NCBI GenBank assembly: GCA_964016885.1
Contig: OZ024742.1
Location: 352,718,001-352,782,000, forward strand
DNA length: 64,000 nt
Reading direction: 5' to 3'
Source of the DNA: Eledone cirrhosa
Taxonomy: Eukaryota
Position 1 is the stretch's first letter, and the number at the start of each line of letters is the position of its first letter. Below, piece after piece: positions 54,601 to 64,000 of this stretch. The notes beneath the pieces were generated by a model. It was given only the letters and a program-made list of their open reading frames with translations. It did not search any database and had not been told where the DNA came from. The position numbers and the translations under genes are program-made.

Positions 54601-56910
54601 ATGTTACCATACACATCGTGTCTTGAATTAGTTGAAAGAAATTGACCATTGGGACATAATTTTATTGTTGCAATACACATCGTGTCCTGAATTAGTTGAA
54701 ATAAATTGACCATTGGGACATAATTTTATTGTTGCCATTCACATCGTGTCCTGAATTAGTTGAAAGAATTTGACCATTGGGACAAAATGTAAATGCTGCC
54801 ATACATATATCTTGAATTAGTTTGAAGAAATTGACCATTGGAACAAAATTTGAATGTTGCCATACACATCGTATCCTGAATTAGTTGGAAGATATTGACC
54901 ATTGCGACAAAATCTAAATGTTGCCATACACATCGTGTCCTGAATTAGGTGGAAGCAATTGACCATTGGGACAACATTTATATGTTGCCATACACATGGT
55001 GTTCTGCACTAGTTGGAAGAAATTGACCATTGGGACAACATTTAAATCTGGATATACACATCGTGACCTGAATTAGTTGGAATAATATGACCATTGGGAA
55101 CAAATTTCCATGTTGCCATACACATTGTGTCCTGTATTAGTTGGAAGAATTTGACCATTGGGACAAAATTTAAATATTGCCATACACATCGTGTCCTGAA
55201 TTAGTTGGAAGAAGTTGACCATTTGTACAAAATCTAAATGTTTCCATACACATCGTGTCATGAATTAGTTGATAGAAATTGACCATTGGGACATAATTTT
55301 ATTGTTGCCAAACACATCGTGTCCTGAATTAGTTGAAAGAAATTGACCATTGGGACATAATAGTATTGTTGCCTTACAAATCGTGTCCTGAATTAGTTGA
55401 AAGAAATTGACCATTGGGACAAAATGTAAATGCTGCCATACATATCATGTCTTGAATTAGTTGGAAGAAATTGACCATTGGAACAAAATTTGAATGTTGC
55501 CATACACATCGTGTCCTGAATTAGTTGGAAGAAATTGACAATTGGAACAAAATTTGAAAGTTGCCATAGACATCGTGTCCTGTATCAGTTGGAAGAAATT
55601 GACCATTGGAAGTAAATTTCAATGTTGCAATACACATCGTGTCCTGAATTAATTGGAAGAAATTGACCATTGGAACAACATTTCAATGTTGCCATATACA
55701 TCGTGTCCTGAATTATTTGGAAGAAATTGACCACTGGGACAAAATTTAAATCTGGATATACACATCATGACCTGAATTAGTTGGAATAAATTGACCATTG
55801 GGAACACATTTCCATGTTGCCATACACATCGTGTCCTGAATTATTTGGAATTGACCATAGGGACAACATTTAAATGTGTCTATACACATCGTGTCCTGAA
55901 CTAGTTGGAAGAAATTGAGCGTTGGGACGAAATGTAAATGTTGCCATACACATCGTGTCCTGAATTAGCTGAAAGAATTTGACCATTTGGACAAAATCTA
56001 AATGTTGCCATTCACATGGTGTCCTGACGTAGTTGGAAGGAATTGACCATTGCGACAACATTTCAATGTTGCCATACACATCGTGTACTGAATTAGTTGG
56101 AAGAAATTGACCATTGGAACACAATTTCAATGTTGCCATACACACCGTGTCCTGAATTATTATGAAGGAATTGACCTTTTGGAGACAATTTAAATGTGTC
56201 CATACACATCGTGTCCTGAATTAGGTGGAAGAAATTGACCATTGGGACAACATGTAAATGTGGCTATACACATCGTGTCCTGAATTATTTGGAAGGAATT
56301 GACCATTGGGACAAAATTTAAATGTTTCCATACTCATCGTTTCCTGAATTTGTTGGAAGGAATTGACCATTGGGACAAAATTTCAATGTTGCCATACACA
56401 TCGTCTCCTGCATTAGTTGGAAGGAATTGACCCTTGGAACAAAATGTCAATGTTGCCATACACATCGTGTCCTGTACTAGTTGGAAGAAATTGACCATTA
56501 GGGCAAAATTTCAATGTTGCCTTACTCATCGTGTCCTGAATTAGGTGGAAGAAATTGACAATTGGGACAACATTTAAACGTGGCTATACACATCGTGTCC
56601 TGAATTAGTTGGAAGAAATTGACCATTGAGACAAAATTTAAATGTTGCCATATACATCGTGTCCTGAATTAGTTGAAAGGAATTGACCATTGGGACAAAA
56701 TTTCAATGTTGCCATACACATCGTGTCCTGAATTAGTCGGAAGATATTGACCATTGGCACAACTTTTATTGTTGCCATGCACATCGTGTCCTGAATTAGT
56801 TGGAAGAAATTGACCATTGGGACACATTTTAAATGTTGCCATACACATCGTGTCCTGAATTAGTTGGAGGAAATGGACCATTGGGACAACATTTCACTGT
56901 TGCCTTACAC
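27635..56910. repeat. Satellite array, 64-bp monomer, ~457 copies, head-to-tail, uninterrupted
   Basis: Consensus CATCGTGTCCTGAATTAGTTGGAAGAAATTGACCATTGGGACAAAATTTAAATGTTGCCATACA. The period was verified (CATCG at 28781 and 28845). Occasional 63-bp monomers occur. Confidence 0.97.
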
Positions 56911-57037
56911 CCTCAAACAATGAAAAACACACAAACATTCATAAACATACTAAAATATGCAATTAGTTCCTCATCAACAGATGCACTGTTACTGTATACT
57001 AATAAATATATATCCATAATTGATTATACATCTTTAG

Positions 57038-57220
57038 CGGTGGATTGGCAGTATCGGTAGAGGGTCGGACTCCATGCTTTCCAGCATAGTTACGTCCCTT
57101 TACGATCTGAGTTCAAATAGCGCCGAGGTTGACTTTGCTTTTCATCCTTACGGGGTCGATAACATAAAGTACCAGTAATTCACTGGGTAATTTGTTGGTC
57201 TTGTGCCTAAAGTAGAAACA
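57038..57220 (+). mobile_element. Full-length tRNA-derived SINE with 15-bp TSD
   Basis: A box TGGCAGTATCGG and B box GAGTTCAAAT. The central gactttgcttttcatccttacggggtcgataa resembles the Meta-domain. TSD attatacatctttag at 57023-57037 and 57221-57235. Confidence 0.88.
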
Positions 57221-57511
57221 ATTATACATCTTTAGTGATATAGAATATACAATATATCTAATGTATAAATGAACTATTCCAATATCAGATCGCACTTGTT
57301 AAGAATGTTAAAAGCAAATATTTTCTAGATTGATTTACCGAAAATATGTGATATTATATGTGCAGACAAATATAAGAATGACCAACATCGACATAACTTT
57401 AAATATATATGTTATATCTAGATGGGTATATACAAATAAACATTTAAGACATATCAGGCAAGGCAAATAAATAAATGTAGAAATTGATAAATCAGATATA
57501 TGGTATATATC

Positions 57512-57699
57512 ATTGTTTCTACTTCAGGCACAAGGCCAGCAATTACCCAGTGCATTACTGGTTCTCAATTTTATCGACCCCGTAAGAATGAAAGGAAAAG
57601 TCAACCTCGGCGGGATTTGAACTCAGATCGTAAAGGGACGTAACTATGCTGGAAAGCATGGCTTCCGACCCTCTACCGATACTGCCAATCCACCGCCCC
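57512..57699 (-). mobile_element. Full-length tRNA-derived SINE, same family, inverted
   Basis: Reverse complement reads ggggcggtggattggcagtatcggtagagggtcgg...gagttcaaatcccgccgaggttgac...gtagaaacaat. Confidence 0.88.
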
Positions 57700-58101
57700 A
57701 TGTATGATATATTTAATGATAAGTATATACACAAATACACTTACACATACTCTCTATCACACACCACACACATATAGTTTGTCTATATGCGTGCATGTAT
57801 GTATGACTGGATGAATGCACATTCAAAGACACTGATTTGAGCTTCAGGCAACAGTATCACATTAGCAGAAAAAAAATATTGTCTAGTTAATCACGCTTTT
57901 CAAACAACATTTTCTAAGCGACTGAAGAAAATAGGTAAATACACTATTCCACATATATAGTTGCACCGATGAAGACGGTGATATGTGAACTTCCAGCGAT
58001 GTACAATACGAAATTAATGCCCCTCGTTTGTAATTCCCCACAGTAATCAACACACGCACACAAATATGTGTACATAGACACCGACATACACCGCTGAATT
58101 T

Positions 58102-58176
<75 letters not shown>

Positions 58177-58179
<3 letters not shown>

Positions 58180-59593
58180 GCAGTTTAGCCCGGCGTTGCT
58201 CGGGTTCGTTCATTTGCTATGAAAAGTTACATACAGGTAAACGTGGCTTGAATGCGAATAAACTTATCAATTAAGTGCATAAAGCAGTTAAACCGGTTCT
58301 TAAAAGTTACGAACCAATTAGCAATTTGGACAATCAATGATCGGTTAATAATCTTCGAATACCGAATTTAGCAGACCAAAGTTGTAAGATGGTAGCCCTG
58401 ATGCCGCTGGGTGTCAGATCTGTCCGCCATGGGTGACCCTACCAGGAAATAGTTTTCCAGGCGGCATAGCTCCAACACCTCCAACACCTGCACCAACATC
58501 TATAGCACCTCTTTGTAGACGATATTGCGTGTCATCCCTTCAGGAGTGTAAGCAAAAAGTCCATTCCTGCTCCCTACGCGGTAACAGGCAACATAAAGTT
58601 GGACACATAAGAAGCATGGCTCCCCCAAATGGATGCCCGCCACCGACAATATTTGCCCTTGTGACTTGTTAATGGACATGGCAAAACATGGTCTCACTGG
58701 GAATTGGGATCGCCGAAAATCGAACGGGATATCTGACGACGAGGGGAAAAGGTTCATCCTTGGTTGTGTATTCGGCAGAATTGCCAGAAGTACAACACTA
58801 TGGGTGTTGTCATATTAATATGTTAACAATGAAAGTCGTAAAAAATAAATAATTTAAACATTCTGATTCATATGTCTATAGCATTAATCTGTTATATCAA
58901 GTGTTATTTTGCGGGTTGTTATTTGCAATAAGCCGATTTAAAATACCCCAGAAAAGCCGTATGTGAAGACGGAACACCAACGACCCCCCCCCCCCCCCCA
59001 GCAGTTTAATTATAGAGAGGGGTAATAATCCATTATAGAGAGAGGAGAGTGCGATGGTGAGAAAGTTAAGCTAAGAAATTATAGGGAGGTGTGTAAAACA
59101 GTGTTGTCATATAGAGAGTGAAGAACGACAGAGAGAGTAAATCAGTCAAATTATAGAGAGGGGGAATACTCTATTATAGAGTGAGGGAAGAGCCACCGAG
59201 AGAGTAAAGCTAAGAAACTATAGGGAGGTGTGTTAAACCTCAAAGCATGAAGAGAGTAAAGCAGTTAAATTATAGATAGGGGGAATGATCTATTATAGAG
59301 AGATGGAAGAGCGACCGAGAGAGCGTTATGACTATGTTTATTGGGGTATAAAATGATGTGTTGCTTAGTTTTCAAAGTTTACTTCGCGTTCCTGAACGAA
59401 GTTTTGTCGCTGCTGGGTAGTAGAGAGAGTGAATAGGCGTGTAAGAGAGAGGGTTACAGCATGAATTTAGTTTTCTCGATTTTTTCATAGAAGCAGGACA
59501 TTTTTTGCAAAGTTTATTACGCGTTGACCATCATCAACATCGGTAGAGAGATGTGGAAATGCATAAACATCATACACACACAGGCATCGGTTT

Positions 59594-59600
<7 letters not shown>
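58177..59600 (-). mobile_element. Internally deleted Helitron with helicase C-terminal fragment
   Basis: The minus-strand 3' end has the hairpin cccgagcaacgccggg followed by CTAG|T. ORF 58500-58757 FRRSQFPVRPCFAMSINKSQGQ...GIHL...QLYVACYRV...TRNIVYKEVL* matches PIF1-type RepHel motifs V/VI. The 5' end reads tatatataaaa... Confidence 0.88.
59001..59324. repeat. Helitron-internal minisatellite (~3 copies, 120-140 bp)
   Basis: cagtt(t/a)aattataga(g/t)aggggg...tattataga...aagctaagaaa..atagggaggtgtgt recurs at ~59001, ~59141 and ~59261. Confidence 0.75.
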
Positions 59601-59626
<26 letters not shown>

Positions 59627-59627
59627 T

Positions 59628-61120
59628 AAAGAGTTAAATCACCCTAAATCTGTAAAAAAAAAAGCTATAGTAAATAGTGTCCCAAAACGCATTAATAGAA
59701 TATCAGCCAATAAAGGTATATTTGTTGATAATGCAGGATATGAGAATAATATAGAGTATGTAGATAATAATAATCCAAGTTTTAATACCGATAAAAATAA
59801 TGGCTATTATAAACGAAACTAATAATTATATTTCAAACACCCATACGCCAAACAAATTGAGGAAAAGAACAAGAACTAAATCAGTCATGTGGTCCCGCCC
59901 CCCTGCTTCGGTAGCAGTTAGAACCCCAATTGCAAAATTATTCCTTAATGCTTTGGACACCTCTTTCCCTAATCAACATAAATACCATTCCATTTTTAAT
60001 AGACCCACCATTATATTGTCTTATTCTACAACTATGCATATGGCCCAAAACGTTGCTAAATTAAACACTAAAGTTCAAAAGCAGAATCAGCAAAATGATC
60101 TTAATAATAGCGTTAACATAAATGATAATAAACCAAAATGTAATTGTAGAAATAAAATTGATTGCCCTCTGCAAAATAATTATTTAGATAGTAATTTGGT
60201 GTATAAATGCACCGTAAAAACTGATTAAAACACATACAACTACCTAGGATCGACTTCTTCTACATTTAAAGCCAGATTTGCGAACCATAAATGCTAATTT
60301 TCGAACACCAAGAGGAAATCATCCACTTCTTTATCACAGCTTATATGGTCATTAAAAGAGAAGAATTTTAAATACTCCATTTTTTTTAGGAAACTTCGGA
60401 ATAGTGGATTTACCGCAACTCAAGTATATCATGTAACTGCGCGCTCTGTCCAATGGAGACCCTGTTGATTATTAATAATTATGAGACCTTAATTAACAAA
60501 AAAAGTGAATTATTCTCTAATTTTCCTTCATAAAGCTTTGTCTACATTTCAAGCCTCCCATAAGACCAGGAAAAACACTAAGCAACTAAACTTGGTGTTT
60601 AGACGTACATAATCAACAGTTGAAAACCTTAATGGCCTTAAATATTTATTTATCTTATAACTATCTATAAAAGAAATAACGTTTGAATGAATGACACCTG
60701 TTTAATAACATGCTGACACGTTCATAGACATAACATAATTATTATTAACTTTGATCCATACCATTATTTCTCTATCTTTATTTTTCTATCTATGTTTTAA
60801 ATATTGTTCAAATATCCAACCTGTAAATTTTTACGGACCTTATTTTGAACTGTGAATCATTCATCCGTTTACACTCTTTTATATATATGTATATATTTAA
60901 CTTTTGCATGTTTGAATTTATTATATAAGATTATAATCGTTATCATTTACCAAAAGTATACTGTCACATTAATACCTAGTATATCTCTCTATACCTAATT
61001 TTTTTTGCAAATATAGATATATTGTACAATAATATATTCATTATTTAGAGTTTATTCCTCCCATGAAGGTGGAACTAATATAGTGATTTAATATAATATA
61101 ATAAATATTAATTTATTACA
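59628..61120 (+). mobile_element. Degenerate 5'-truncated PLE of the same clade as the 737-aa element
   Basis: NHPKSVKK.IVNSVPKRINRIS, RTRTKSVMW.RPP, HKYHSIFNRPTI.LSYST, KCNCRNKIDCPL, LVYKCTV..YLGSTSSTFKARFANHK and CALC..E are collinear with the C-terminal half of ORF 8325-10538. (TA)n flanks. Confidence 0.85.
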
Positions 61121-61126
61121 ATAAAT

Positions 61127-61223
<97 letters not shown>

Positions 61224-62044
61224 TGAACAATCTGCGTTAATCATTATACTTTAGACAATCTATCTACTTGACAATACATTATTCGATATTTCTAACAATA
61301 AGTACTTCATACATTTTACATACCGAAAACGTTGAAACTCTTATAGGTAATTTTTGTTAAAGATTACATTTAAGTATATTCAACAGTGTATGTTTTTCTT
61401 TCGCGGGCCTAGTAAATCCTTTAATTTTGTTTACAGAACATTCAGAACTTTAGAAATGTAACACATTTAAAAATATTCATAAAATTTATAAAATTATTAA
61501 ATATAAATAACCATCAACGCTTAAAAACTTAAAATGTTGATTCTTAAACCCTAAAATAACATACATTAAATATTTTGAAACTTAACCGCTTAGTCCTTAA
61601 GGGGAAAAACATTTTTTCTGCATAAATTACTCCCCTTTATCTCTGCCTCTCTTTAATCATCTATCAGTTCCCTTCATAAACTGTAATAAAATGTTAATTC
61701 CAGAGACATCTTCCTCGATAATCATAATTTGTAGTATTCCACATTTTAAAATCTCTATAACTGTTACATTAAAGCAACTTTTTTCTTACTCATACCTTCT
61801 CTATTGAATTTTTCGCATTTTCGCATTATTAGGGTATTCATGTTGAGTTTTCTCACAGGTTAATCACTACCTTGATTACATCTTAACCATTTAACATCTC
61901 AGGGTATGTCATGTGCCATTATATTTTGTCTGGTGAGGACGTATTGTTGTACCTTTGAAATATGTATAATAAAATGTAATTGATCAAAATAACATCTATT
62001 TTATTAATATTTGTATTTTAATATATATATATATATATATATGC

Positions 62045-62400
62045 TGCATGGGTGATACATGAGAATACTGAATATTGCACCGAATATTAATCAGTATACA
62101 CTGAGGATGAATAACTCAGAACTGTATGAGAGTCTCCCAAACATCACCTCGAAAGTAACAAAGAGGAGACTGAGGTTAGCTGGACATGCTCACCGACATT
62201 CAGGTTTGACACAGCACTCAGTGTTCCTGTGGGAGACCCTTTACGGACAAACTATAAAAGGGACACCGAGGTTGACAGATGTTGATGCCCTAAGGACAGA
62301 CACAGGACTCTTGGTGACGCAGGACATGGCGTCGATGATGAAGGACAGAGACCACTGGTGAGAACTCGTCAATGGATCTCGGGAATATTACCCACCTTAT
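62045..62400 (+). mobile_element. RTE-like LINE 3' fragment
   Basis: RILNI...NSELY...ITSKVTKRRLRLAGHAHR...LWE...G.PRLT..D.L..D......M.DRDHW is a typical RTE C-terminus. (TA)n flanks. Confidence 0.75.
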
Positions 62401-63469
62401 GTGTATATATATATATATATATATACATATACTTTATGCATATCACTGATTTACTTACCCTTTCTCCGTATTCTTCTAATTATACTATGACTGTCTCTCT
62501 GTTAACTAAATTTCATATTTAATTCTCCAGTTTGTTGGCAGAAAAATGTTAGAATATATTTACTTCAGTGAAAATAATTTCGATTAATATAAAATCCAAT
62601 GTGTTGATAGATATATCAATAATAATTGTTATTCACGGTAACAATGACAGCACGATCCTGACTTTAGAATGCGATCTGACAAATTAATATTATTGAAAAT
62701 GTTATCTAGAAATTTGCGGAATAGGTATAACGTATTCTCACGACACATGTGTATTAAATGCGATATTACTCCTTTTCAGATGCCTAAATTATTATGTGGA
62801 TTATGAAGATATTGGTTTTAGGGAATAAGTGTTAAGCGTAAATAGGTTTTCCTTGTAGATTGGTTAATTAATTGCATTGGAACACCGGATATTCATGTAG
62901 CAGATCCCTTAAGGTAGACATCCACTAGCATATGCACAATTATACTTCGGTTTCTGATGTTAAGCTGTTTAGTGATGTCGGAAATCGGAATGCTTGTATT
63001 GCTATTAAGACTCAGGGTGGTCTTGGAAAATATTGGGTGATATAAATTGGAACAATTAACACATTTTTCTAAACTTACGTGTATATAAATATTAAAATAC
63101 CTATTTCGCAGGCCATATGCTAATCAAATATTTCCTATGTTTATATTTTCCTGTTTGTATTTGCCGTAATTCCTTCATTTATTAACTATTTATGCAACAT
63201 ATAGCTTATGATATCGACAGGATCTTACGTAATCAGGCCTTTGAAATATATATGTTAATGCAAAAATAACAATTTAAGTGAACTTCACCAATCCGTCCAA
63301 GTTGAGTGCTTTCCCTGGTATTACGCCATGGATAACTATACAGAATGACGAGTTTTAGCCAATGGTGAAACCTTAAATTTAAACGTATATCTTTATCTAT
63401 ATCTACACACACCCACACACACACACACCCACACTCACACACACACACCCACACTCACACACACATTGT

Positions 63470-64000
63470 TTATGTGTGCAACTGGCGCACCGAGATAATT
63501 TCTGAATATTTAGACACCATCCTCGCCCCGTTGTTCGGCACTCTCCCCTCCCACATCCACGATACAAATCATGCCCTTATGATTTTCAACTATTTCTCCT
63601 TCACTCCTGGTTCCTCCCGCCTTCTCTTTACCCTGGACATCACTTCTCTCTATACCGTCATCCATCATTATGAACGCCTCTGCGTTCTGCAGCATTTTTT
63701 AGATTTACGCCCTACTCGTTACCCCAGCACTACCACTCTTCTCCGTCTTGCTGAGTTGTTCTCACCCTTAATGGATTTTCTATTTCGGGTGAATTGTACC
63801 AGCAGGTCTCTGGTGTAGCGATGGGACAAGAATGGGTCCAAACAGTGCCAACTTGTTTGTTGGATACGTCGAAGCCCAGATCTTCTCCCAGTACGCTAGA
63901 CCGACTCCTGAGCTATACGGTCGTTATATCGACGACTGTATCGGCGCCACCTCTCTATCACGAGGACAGCTCGACTGTTTTCTTTCCTTTGTCTAATATT
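63470..64000 (+). mobile_element. Degenerate PLE (Neptune-like) RT core fragment, runs off the window
   Basis: TEIISEYLDTILAPL..LPSHIHDTNHAL..LFTLDITSLYTVI, LYQQVSGVAMG, MGPNSANLFVGYVE and YGRYIDD, with frameshifts. Confidence 0.85.

Noticed and set aside
27837-56881. Dozens of 60-133-aa minus-strand ORFs (MVNFFQLIQDTMCMATFKFCPNGQFLPTNSGHDVYGNI...)
   Set aside because: These are translations of a 64-bp repeat whose length is not a multiple of 3. The consensus contains stops and the frames rotate, so this is not a repeat protein.
27635-56910. CRISPR array interpretation
   Set aside because: There are no unique spacers (the variable slot is short and recurs), no cas genes, and the context is eukaryotic.
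57038-57125. tRNA gene
   Set aside because: A and B boxes are present but there is no cloverleaf, and the sequence continues into a SINE body with a TSD.
62760-63050. Possible small exons after ttttcag and ccttgtag acceptors
   Set aside because: The frames hit stops or the donors are weak, and no product is recognisable.

Overview
Repeat-dominated, AT-rich animal genomic DNA. The tRNA-derived SINEs and the abundant (TA)n/(CA)n tracts suggest a mollusc, probably Octopus-like (inference). No host protein-coding gene is recognisable; one candidate exon lies at 423-569. (1) 1-27.6 kb is dominated by Penelope-like elements (PLEs) from several families, mostly sitting in (TA)n tracts. One PLE has an intact 737-aa RT + GIY-YIG ORF (8325-10538, minus strand, likely Hydra clade) inside a 5.6-kb structure with ~1.75-kb inverted arms. 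A second PLE palindrome spans ~18.9-21.6 kb, and several 90-400 bp fold-back elements occur. At least 10 type-I hammerhead ribozyme (HHR) motifs can be read by eye at the ends of these elements. A decayed CR1/L2-group LINE and a decayed CRE-clade (RLE) retrotransposon are also present. (2) ~27.6-56.9 kb is an uninterrupted ~29-kb satellite of 64-bp monomers (~457 copies) with local higher-order duplications of varying size and a hairpin-rich monomer. (3) 56.9-64 kb holds two inverted SINEs, a deleted Helitron, further PLE fragments and an RTE 3' fragment. The most notable signal is the recurring architecture of fold-back PLE ends carrying HHRs in (TA)n, seen from ~100 bp to 5.6 kb. All alignments and folds were done by eye, so coordinates may be off by a few bases.
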